From positions 414,526 to 478,525 of the forward strand of contig JBFLYH010000002.1 in assembly GCA_040756875.1 (NCBI GenBank): a DNA stretch of 64,000 nucleotides. The letters run 5' to 3'. Of the stretch, positions 9,372-16,350 are shown piece by piece. Below the pieces are notes generated by a model. That model made no database searches. It worked only from the letters and a program-made list of their open reading frames with translations, and had not been told where the DNA came from. Source of the DNA: a candidate division FCPU426 bacterium. GTDB taxonomy: Bacteria; Oederibacteriota; JAAXVQ01; JAUVAV01. How positions within the stretch are numbered: the stretch's first letter is position 1; the number at the start of each line of letters is the position of its first letter. A program made the position numbers and the translations under genes.

Positions 9372-9992
9372 CTAAGTGCCCATTTTTCTCGGGGGATAAA
9401 TTTCTTTAATCATCTTCAAAAATATCATTTTTGCTTCATCATCATTACGGACATTTTCAAAAAACCTTTTCGTGCCCTGCTCCAAATCCTCCAATAATTT
9501 TTCAGGATCAATAACCAGCCATGAATATCCCCCGCTTTGCCTTAGCCAGTGTTTTTCAGATTTGCCCCGCCGATATTCAATGGCTCCGTTTCTGATTTGA
9601 AATCCGTGCGTCATGCCATTTCTAAAATCTTCCCATAACTGCTTTTCTAAAGGCGCCCACTCTTCCATATAACTATCAATAAACATTTTAAAATTATTAT
9701 GACTCTCACCCATTTGGCTCTTCCCGGACAGAAAAGCTCCCAATGATTCAACACCGTTCAAGATAACGGAAAATGAAGCAATCATAAAATCTTTATCACT
9801 CTGCCAAAGAGGATTGTTAGCCTTCGGATCCGAATTTATGATGCATTTCAGAGGATTCAAGAATACTTTGCTAGTTCTTAGTTGAAACCAATCTATTCTC
9901 CCGGCATCACTCAAACGCCACAATTTCCCGCTTTCTAACTCGTCATAGTCATAAAAACCCGTAAAATCTTGTCCTTCAATCTGCGTCGACAT
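9372..9992 (-). CDS. AT-rich hypothetical protein with a HEPN-like RxxxxH motif
   Basis: 206 aa; EDFRNGMTHG preceded by a helical VESLGAF segment; much lower GC than the flanks. Confidence 0.6.
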   Translation of the reverse strand: MSTQIEGQDFTGFYDYDELESGKLWRLSDAGRIDWFQLRTSKVFLNPLKCIINSDPKANNPLWQSDKDFMIASFSVILNGVESLGAFLSGKSQMGESHNNFKMFIDSYMEEWAPLEKQLWEDFRNGMTHGFQIRNGAIEYRRGKSEKHWLRQSGGYSWLVIDPEKLLEDLEQGTKRFFENVRNDDEAKMIFLKMIKEIYPPRKMGT

Positions 9993-10018
9993 AACGCGCC
10001 TCTCGTGCCTCGCCGGAT

Positions 10019-10058
10019 TTTTCTGTAGGGGCGTTCAATTGAACGCCCCTACAGAAAA
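10019..10058. repeat. REP palindrome extended to 40 bp
   Basis: ttttctgtaggggcgttcaattgaacgcccctacagaaaa. Confidence 0.9.
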
Positions 10059-10093
10059 CGAAAACCCTATCACGCCTGCAAATCTCTCATACC

Positions 10094-10453
10094 CTACCGC
10101 AGCGGGCGGGAAACCTGCCGCTGGATGGTCTTGAGCACGCCCTCCACGTTGGTCAAGACCTCGTTGTTCCAAAACCGCAAGACAGTGAACCCCTGCGCCT
10201 TCAGCCAGCCATCGCGTTCCTGATGCTCGTCCTTATTCTCCACATGTTGCCCGCCGTCCAGTTCGATGACCAGTTTCTTCTCCAGGCTGATGAAATCGAC
10301 AATGTAATTTCCCAATGGCTGTTGACACCTGAAGCTCATGCTTTCGAACCGTTTGCCGCGAAGGCGCTGCCACAGATAGGCTTCGGTGTCGGTTGTGTTT
10401 TTTCCCGGTTCTTGGGCCAGCGGCGTCAGTGCGGTACCTCGTTCGGATTTCAT
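10094..10453 (-). CDS. DUF559 (Vsr-like) endonuclease domain protein
   Basis: TDTEAYLWQRLR; FRCQQPLGNYIVDF; IELDGGQH; RDGWL; VLRFWNNEV. Confidence 0.85.
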   Translation of the reverse strand: MKSERGTALTPLAQEPGKNTTDTEAYLWQRLRGKRFESMSFRCQQPLGNYIVDFISLEKKLVIELDGGQHVENKDEHQERDGWLKAQGFTVLRFWNNEVLTNVEGVLKTIQRQVSRPLR

Positions 10454-10460
10454 TTTGTCA

Positions 10461-10498
10461 CCCTCTCCCTCGCCCTCCCCCCCCTCAAGGGGGAGGGG
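10461..10498. repeat. C-rich/G-rich palindromic repeat (ccctctccc...gggagggg family)
   Basis: Immediately upstream of the DUF559 gene; same family as 11908-11981 and 33122-33558. Confidence 0.7.
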
Positions 10499-10539
10499 AA
10501 ACATAAAAACACCTATCCCACAAAATATAATGTGCGGGA

Positions 10540-11184
10540 CTACATCTCCGCCTTTTTCCTCACCTGATACCGGATGATGGTGTAGTAGTCCTTGGGGCTC
10601 GTGAAGGGCATGCCCGGGCCGCGCAAATATTCCTCTTCGTGCGGGCCCGCGATCTCGTACCCCTGGGCCGCGATGTAGTCGGTCAGCTTCTGGATGGTCT
10701 CTGACTCGGTGTCATAGGGGCCGACGTGCAGGATTTCCGCGACCTCGCCGTAGGCCCAGGTGCCCAGGCGCGGCGCCAGCCCGGCTCCGGCCTTCGCAGG
10801 CGGCAGGGATTGGACCGTGGCGGGCACCGGGATCGCGGCCGAGCCTTTCCAGGGCGACTTTTCCAATTGCTTGAGGCGCTCCTCGGGCGGCAGGCTCATG
10901 TCCAGCATGTTTTCGTAGCGCGCCGCAGGCGCGGACATGCCCGGCCCCTTGGGAACCCCGGACAGGCTGAAATAAGTCTTCATGAGCACGCCGAAAACTT
11001 CCTGCAGCTGGCCGGCCGGAACCTCGAACGGCACTTCCAGCACGTAGGCATCGGCCTTGGCCGTGATCCGCGGTTCCTTGAGCGGTTCATACTGGGCCAG
11101 ATCCGGCCCTTTGAACATGAAAAACACCAGCCCGCCGACAACCGCAACCAGCACAATCCCCACCCCGATGATCCACTTCCACAT
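10540..11184 (-). CDS. GyrI-like small-molecule-binding protein with an N-terminal TM anchor
   Basis: Hydrophobic N-terminus; C-terminal AEILHVGPYDTE...HEEEYL.GP...TIIRYQV. Confidence 0.8.
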   Translation of the reverse strand: MWKWIIGVGIVLVAVVGGLVFFMFKGPDLAQYEPLKEPRITAKADAYVLEVPFEVPAGQLQEVFGVLMKTYFSLSGVPKGPGMSAPAARYENMLDMSLPPEERLKQLEKSPWKGSAAIPVPATVQSLPPAKAGAGLAPRLGTWAYGEVAEILHVGPYDTESETIQKLTDYIAAQGYEIAGPHEEEYLRGPGMPFTSPKDYYTIIRYQVRKKAEM

Positions 11185-11220
11185 GATTTCCTCCTCCGAA
11201 AGATTCTGCGGCCGAGGCCG

Positions 11221-11829
11221 CTACCGCTTCCCCATCTTGCGCAGCACGCCGATGACAATGCCCTGGATGCGCAGCTGTTCCTCGGGCACGTAGATCGGCC
11301 GCATGGCCGCGTTGGCCGGCTGCAGCCGGATCTGGCCGGCCTCGCGGTAGAAGCGCTTGACCGTGGCCTCGTGCTCGATAAGCGCCACCACGATCTCGCC
11401 GTTCTGCGCGTGCTCGCGTTTTTCCACGACGATGAAGTCGCCGTCCAGAATGTGGTCCTCGATCATGGAGTCGCCCTTCACGCGCAGCACGAAGGTCTCG
11501 CCGCGGCCGAGCAGATCCTCGGGCAGGGCCATGGACTCGGGCTGCTCCAGGGCTTCGATGGGCGAACCCGCGGCCACCAGGCCGAGCAGGCGCACGTTCT
11601 GCGCCCGCGGCTGCTCCGGCAGGGACGTGGTCTCCATCTGCCGCGCCCGGCCGCCTTCCCGCCGGATCAAGCCCTTGGCCTCCAGGTGCTTGAGGTGCTG
11701 GTACACCGTGGCCACGGAGGAAAGGCCGAGCGCCTCCCCGATCTCGCGCAGGGTGGGCGCGTAGCCGTGTTCGCGACGGTAGCTTTCCACGAAGTCCAAA
11801 ACTTCTTTCTGCTTGCGCGTCAGCATCAT
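11221..11829 (-). CDS. lexA: SOS repressor LexA
   Basis: LTRKQKEVLDF...PTLREI HTH; Ala-Gly cleavage site VAAGSPI; catalytic Ser (GDSM) and Lys (TVKR). Confidence 0.95.
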   Translation of the reverse strand: MMLTRKQKEVLDFVESYRREHGYAPTLREIGEALGLSSVATVYQHLKHLEAKGLIRREGGRARQMETTSLPEQPRAQNVRLLGLVAAGSPIEALEQPESMALPEDLLGRGETFVLRVKGDSMIEDHILDGDFIVVEKREHAQNGEIVVALIEHEATVKRFYREAGQIRLQPANAAMRPIYVPEEQLRIQGIVIGVLRKMGKR

Positions 11830-12317
11830 CGCAGGATCTGCCTCCTATAGGATATGGAAAGCGCGGCCGCCATCAGGGCCTCCAGGTGATCGTCCTCGGC
11901 GCCAGTCGGAGAGGAGAGGGGAGGCGTCGTGGTGTCCGAGGTGCCCTCTCCCCGCCGGACGAAAAGAGGGGGGGATGGGAGTTCTCTTTCCGTCACAGCG
12001 ATGTTCTGCCTGTTCCGCAGGCGCCGGATCTGCCTCAGGCGCGCCGCGAGCTTGGCCGGCGGATTCGCACGGTCGACCGGAAAAGCGGCCAACACTTCAA
12101 AATCCACGGGCCTAAATCCCGGCAGCGGCCGGGCCTTAAGCGGGGACTGCGGGCGCGGTTTAGTCCGGCCGAACAGCGCGGCCAGTGACGGCCGCAGCCA
12201 TTCGTCCCAGAATTCCGTACGCAGCCGTTCCAGAAGGCGGGTGGAATCCCGGCCCTGCCCCAACTCGGCGTTGACGAAAATGGCGAAGAATGCAGGGTCT
12301 GAATTGCCGAAGATCAT
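11826..12317 (-). CDS. Hypothetical protein translationally coupled to lexA
   Basis: RBS aggagg before ATG 12317; stop overlaps the lexA start (ATGA); contains an in-frame palindromic repeat. Confidence 0.5.
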   Translation of the reverse strand: MIFGNSDPAFFAIFVNAELGQGRDSTRLLERLRTEFWDEWLRPSLAALFGRTKPRPQSPLKARPLPGFRPVDFEVLAAFPVDRANPPAKLAARLRQIRRLRNRQNIAVTERELPSPPLFVRRGEGTSDTTTPPLSSPTGAEDDHLEALMAAALSISYRRQILR

Positions 12318-12432
12318 GGGAATTCCTCCTTGTGGGCTCTTGCCGTTCTTCACGGTTTCCTCCTGGAATTTTTCGCTTCTGCGGTTCGCCCGGTCCGCTG
12401 CTGGCGGACAACTCAAAACCATCATCAGAAGC

Positions 12433-12513
12433 GAACAAAAAACGAAAATAAAGAACAAAAAAAATTCAAATCAATTCTGATTAATGTTTATCATTTGTTC
12501 GGGTGGTTGTCAA
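12433..12513 (-). promoter_or_regulatory. Putative lexA-operon promoter with candidate LexA boxes
   Basis: Minus-strand TTGACA (12513-12508), 17 nt, then weak TAAACA. Plus strand GAAC-N7-GAAA (12433-12447) and GTTT-N7-GTTC (12486-12500). Confidence 0.5.
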
Positions 12514-12548
12514 GATTATTTTCGCTTTTTTTTCGCTAATAAATTATG

Positions 12549-12722
12549 GCCACAGATGCACACAGATAAACACAGAAAAAGGACCACAAAACACACGAAG
12601 GAAAAATAAAAAAACACCGAGGAAGTCCGGGGTTAAATCTTTAACTCCGGACATTTTTTTCGTGTTCTTCGTGGCTCGTTTTTATCTGCTTTTATCCGCG
12701 TGTATCTGTGTGCGTCTGTGGC
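12549..12722. repeat. Nested inverted-repeat element with 10-mer periodic cacagat arms
   Basis: gccacagatgcacacagataaacacaga pairs with tccgcgtgtatctgtgtgcgtctgtggc; inner hairpin at 12625-12652. Confidence 0.75.
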
Positions 12723-12730
12723 GGTCTGTT

Positions 12731-12937
12731 TCAGCGGCGCTTCTTTTTGGCCGGCTTGGCCGGTGGTTTGGCCTGGTACCAGATCGTGGCCGAGAAGCAG
12801 GTGGACTTGCGGTCCGGATCGTAAAGCTTGTCCACCCGCACGTCCACGACTTTGCCGGGTTCGGTGGCCAGGAAGGCGTTCATCTCGCCCTCCAGGCGCA
12901 CCTCGTCGTTGCAGCCGAAAATTTTAATCCGATCCAT
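12731..12937 (-). CDS. Small Cse60/DUF2758-like protein
   Basis: IKIF...E.RLEGEMNAFL...VVDVR...CFSATIWY; Lys-rich tail; overlaps the trxB end. Confidence 0.5.
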   Translation of the reverse strand: MDRIKIFGCNDEVRLEGEMNAFLATEPGKVVDVRVDKLYDPDRKSTCFSATIWYQAKPPAKPAKKKRR

Positions 12938-13868
12938 CTCGTTTCACCTCGCGCGCGATTTTTTCCGCCTCCAGGGCGGCGATGGTTCCGTCCGCCACGG
13001 CGGTGGTGATCTGCCGGTACGTCTTGACGCGTATGTCGCCGGCGGCCAGCACTCCCGGCTGGGAGGTATGCATCAGTTCGTCGGTCGGAATGTAGCCGCG
13101 GTCGTCGAGCCGCACCTGCCCCTTGACCAGGCTGGTCTTGGGCGTGAAGCCCACGTACACGAACACGCCGTCGGCCGGGATCAGCTTGCGCTGCCCGGTG
13201 GCCAGGTCCTCCACCTCCACGCCTTCGAAGCGCTCGCTCCCCGCGTAGGCCCGCGGCTCGTGGGCCAGCAGGAAATCGATTTTGGGATTGGCGCGCGCCG
13301 CTTCGGCCGCCACGGCGCTGGCCTGGAAGTGGTCGAACTGGTGCACGATCGTGACCCGGCGGGCGAACTGGGTGAGGAAGATGGATTCCTCCAGGGCGGA
13401 GTTGCCGCCGCCGATGACCACCACGTGCTTGTCCTGGTAAAAATCACCGTCACAGGTGGCGCAATACGAGAGGCCGCGGCCGCGGAACGCCTGTTCGCCC
13501 GGCAGGCCCAGCTTGCGCGGCTCCTGGCCCATGGCCAGGATGACCGCGGGCGCGGTCAGGGTCTCCTCCTCGTCCAGTTCCACGTATTTGCGGCGCTGGG
13601 TCAGGTCGAGCTTGGTGACTTCCACGGCGTTGAAAAACTCCGCGCCGAAGTGCTTGGCCTGCTCCTCCATGGTGCGCGCCAGTTCGCTGCCCCGCACCTG
13701 CGGGTGCACGCCCGGGTAGTTGGCCACCAGGTGCGTGGTCTTCATCCATCCGCCGGGCAGGTTCTCCTCGACCACCGCGGTCTTGAGTTTGGCCCGGCTG
13801 GCGTAGAGCGCGGCCGCGAGCCCGGCCGGGCCGCCGCCTAAAATAACGACGTCAAAGGTTTTGGCCAC
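12924..13868 (-). CDS. trxB: Thioredoxin-disulfide reductase
   Basis: GGGPAGLAAALY; SYCATCDG; GGGNSALEE; AAGD...RQITTAVADG. Confidence 0.92.
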   Translation of the reverse strand: MAKTFDVVILGGGPAGLAAALYASRAKLKTAVVEENLPGGWMKTTHLVANYPGVHPQVRGSELARTMEEQAKHFGAEFFNAVEVTKLDLTQRRKYVELDEEETLTAPAVILAMGQEPRKLGLPGEQAFRGRGLSYCATCDGDFYQDKHVVVIGGGNSALEESIFLTQFARRVTIVHQFDHFQASAVAAEAARANPKIDFLLAHEPRAYAGSERFEGVEVEDLATGQRKLIPADGVFVYVGFTPKTSLVKGQVRLDDRGYIPTDELMHTSQPGVLAAGDIRVKTYRQITTAVADGTIAALEAEKIAREVKRDGSD

Positions 13869-13877
13869 GGCGCTTCC

Positions 13878-14204
13878 CTACCCTTCCAGCAAGGCCTCGA
13901 CCGCGGCCTTGAGTTCGGATTTCTTGATGTCGCCGGTGAGCCGCTGGCCCACCTCTTGCCCGCCGCGAAAGAACACCAGCGTGGGGCTGCTGCTCACGTT
14001 CAGCCGTTCGGCCAGGGGCCGGTTGCCCTGCCGGAAGATCTTAAGAAATTTCACGTGGCCTTCGAATCCCTGGGCCACTGACTCGAACTTGGGCGCCAGC
14101 GCCTCGCAGGGCGGGCACTCGGTGGAAAAGAAATCCAGCACCACGGGTTGCTCGGACTGGAGCACCTGGGCTTCGAATTGGTCCTGATTGATTTCCTGGC
14201 TCAT
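13878..14204 (-). CDS. Thioredoxin
   Basis: PVVLDFFSTECPPC active site; cis-Pro SSPTL; start overlaps the rSAM stop (ATGA). Confidence 0.88.
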   Translation of the reverse strand: MSQEINQDQFEAQVLQSEQPVVLDFFSTECPPCEALAPKFESVAQGFEGHVKFLKIFRQGNRPLAERLNVSSSPTLVFFRGGQEVGQRLTGDIKKSELKAAVEALLEG

Positions 14205-15574
14205 GGCTTCATCGCCTCCTTTATTTTTTGTTCCAATCTGTCGGCGTGCCAGCGCAGCCCCTGCTCCCATACTGCGGCAATGGGTTTGCAGTCCGGTGCT
14301 GACAGGCTTCCCTGGCGCGCGTGCGCCAGGGCGCCGCAGCCGGCGCCGCAGGCCGGCGCCACGGGGCAGTCCGCGCAGGCGGCGACGGTTTCCACGCGGC
14401 GCGCCTGCCAGCGTGCAAGCTGCGGCCCCGGCTCCCAGGCCGGGTCATAGCGCCCCAGGCGGTGGGCCGGATGGCCCAGGGTGGCCGTGCAGCCGTACAC
14501 ATGCCCCGAGGGATCGAACCCCCACTCATGCTTGCCGGCCGGGCAGGCGTCGAAGCGCGGGGCGAGCATCTCGCCCTGTTCCAGCCATTCGGTCAGGCCG
14601 TAGAACGAAGGCTGGTGGAAGCGGCGGAGTTCGGGATGCCGGCCGGCCAGGTCCACGTAGGCCGCGTACATCTCCTCGAGCCCGAACAGTTCCTGCGGGC
14701 AGGCATACGCGTCATACAGTTCGTAGTTGCGGCCCAGCTGGGTCTTGAAGCGGCCCGCAGGCTGGTCCAGCCAGCCGCGCTCGCCCGCGATCCGGGCCAG
14801 GTCCGCCAGGCCGGCCAGGTTGCTGCGGTCCACCACGGCCCGCAGATTGACCGTGTACCCGGCGGCCAGGGCCGCGTCCACGCCGCGGACAATGCGCCAG
14901 AACGTCGGCTCGCCGGAGCGGGTGCGGCGGCGCTGGTCGTGCTGGTCCGGACCTCCGTCCAGCGTGACTTGAATTTCCTTGATCCGCGCCAGCTGCAGGT
15001 CTGCCAGCCACTCCTCCAGCCGGAAGCCGTTGGTGACCACGGCCACAGCCAGGCCCCGCTCCTTGCTGGCCGTCAGGATTTTGCGCACCACGCGCCGCAA
15101 GGCCGGCCCTGCGCCGAGGGGTTCGCCGCCAAAGAGCGTGACAAAACGCTCGCGCCCCGCCCCGACGGGCGCATCCAGGGCCAGTTCCACCTGGCGCTCG
15201 CTCATCAGGCCCGAGGCGTCGAAAGAGCGCTGGTAGCAGTACGGGCAGGCCAGCTCGCAGGCGTACGTCGGCACCAGCAGCAGCTGCACCGGGGTCTGCG
15301 CGTAGGCTTCATCGAATTCCCGCCGCCGCTCCTGCTGGTACGCGGCCGCGGCTGCGGGCGACGGGAAGAAGAACCCTTCCTCCAGCCATTCGCGGCGCGG
15401 CGCCCGGACCGCTTCCGGCGCGGTCAGGGCCCGGGCTTCCCCGGGCGAAACCAGGTGCAGCGCGCCGGACAGCGTGTTGACCGCGGCCTGGCGGCAGCCG
15501 GCCAGGGGCCGGGGCAGATTGAGCAGCAGGGTGTGCGGACTGCGCACCGCCTCCTGCGCCGGCGCTTCAATCAT
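14201..15574 (-). CDS. Radical SAM/SPASM domain protein (peptide-maturase type)
   Basis: CELACPYC; GGEPL; VTNG; QVTLDG; SPASM CPAG...GHVYGC...CADCPVAPACGAGC...PDC; N-terminal ~90-aa extension (possible RRE). Confidence 0.92.
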   Translation of the reverse strand: MIEAPAQEAVRSPHTLLLNLPRPLAGCRQAAVNTLSGALHLVSPGEARALTAPEAVRAPRREWLEEGFFFPSPAAAAAYQQERRREFDEAYAQTPVQLLLVPTYACELACPYCYQRSFDASGLMSERQVELALDAPVGAGRERFVTLFGGEPLGAGPALRRVVRKILTASKERGLAVAVVTNGFRLEEWLADLQLARIKEIQVTLDGGPDQHDQRRRTRSGEPTFWRIVRGVDAALAAGYTVNLRAVVDRSNLAGLADLARIAGERGWLDQPAGRFKTQLGRNYELYDAYACPQELFGLEEMYAAYVDLAGRHPELRRFHQPSFYGLTEWLEQGEMLAPRFDACPAGKHEWGFDPSGHVYGCTATLGHPAHRLGRYDPAWEPGPQLARWQARRVETVAACADCPVAPACGAGCGALAHARQGSLSAPDCKPIAAVWEQGLRWHADRLEQKIKEAMKP

Positions 15575-15692
15575 GGCAGCCGGAAATGGTCTTGGTCTCC
15601 TTGGCGCAGCACTGGGCTGATTTCAGACTGGGGCAGCAGGGCTTGCTTCCCTTTTTCTTTCCCGGTTTCTTGCCTGAGGCAATGCGGATCAT
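15567..15692 (-). CDS. 41-aa Cys-rich putative precursor peptide MIRIASGKKPGKKKGSKPCCPSLKSAQCCAKETKTISGCHD (absent from the ORF track)
   Basis: Translated by hand. ATG overlaps the methyltransferase stop (ATGA); AAGGA RBS; its stop overlaps the rSAM start by 8 nt, so it fills the gap exactly. Confidence 0.8.
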   Translation of the reverse strand: MIRIASGKKPGKKKGSKPCCPSLKSAQCCAKETKTISGCHD

Positions 15693-16339
15693 GATGGAGT
15701 TCCTTTCCGGGCCCGCACAAGGGCCGCTGTGAAGTCATAACCGTTTTTTTGGTATTGCCGTCCCGGGGACGCTTCCCGGACGTCGAATCCCACCGCGCGG
15801 AAAACCGCCTCCAGCTCGGGCAGGGTCAGGCAGCCGCCGAAGCACGCGGCGCGGGCCTGCGGATCCTGACGGATCGCCGCGGGCAGCGGCTCCCGCGTGA
15901 CTGGCTCGGCGAGCACGGCCGTACCGCCGGGTTTGAGCACGCGGTAAAGCTCCGCGGCCGCCCCGCGCGGGTCCTCGGCGTGGTTGAAGCTGCAGTCGCA
16001 CACCACCCAGTCAAACGCCGCGTCCGCGAACGGCAGGGCTTCGATCCGGCCGCTCACCCACTCGATCCGGTGGTCGGGCCGGCTGCGCTGGGCCTCGGCC
16101 AGCATGGCCGGCGAGGCGTCCACGCCGGCCAGACGTCCGGCCTCCGGGTGTTTCTCAGCCAGGGCGCGCAGCAAGCCGCCGCGGCCGCAGCCCACGTCGA
16201 GCAGCGACTGGCCCGGCCTCAGCGCAATTGCGTCAGCCACGTCCGTGCGGCAGCCCAAAGGCCCGCCGCCGGCCGCCAGGCTGGCATAGCGCTCCGCAAT
16301 GGCGAGGGAAATGTGCGGATCCGGGGAGGTGTTTTTCAT
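15689..16339 (-). CDS. Class I SAM methyltransferase, arsenite methyltransferase (ArsM)-like
   Basis: PLGC; LLDVGCGRG; DWVVCDCSFN; YRVLKPGG; ACFGGCL, with Cys at positions matching the ArsM LGC, SNCV and CxxGA motifs. Confidence 0.75.
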   Translation of the reverse strand: MKNTSPDPHISLAIAERYASLAAGGGPLGCRTDVADAIALRPGQSLLDVGCGRGGLLRALAEKHPEAGRLAGVDASPAMLAEAQRSRPDHRIEWVSGRIEALPFADAAFDWVVCDCSFNHAEDPRGAAAELYRVLKPGGTAVLAEPVTREPLPAAIRQDPQARAACFGGCLTLPELEAVFRAVGFDVREASPGRQYQKNGYDFTAALVRARKGTPS

Positions 16340-16350
16340 ATTAGTTATTT

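Noticed and set aside
8740-10058. 28-bp repeats as a CRISPR array
   Set aside because: Spacing is about 240-700 bp and contains genes, the repeats are perfect palindromes, no cas gene is present, and an adjacent RAYT explains them.
9301-10058. Integron attC cassette
   Set aside because: No tyrosine-recombinase integrase, and the palindromes lack attC R/L box bulges.
15567-15569. Peptide TGA as selenocysteine
   Set aside because: No SECIS-like hairpin identified and no sel genes in the window; the TGA is explained by overlap with the rSAM start.
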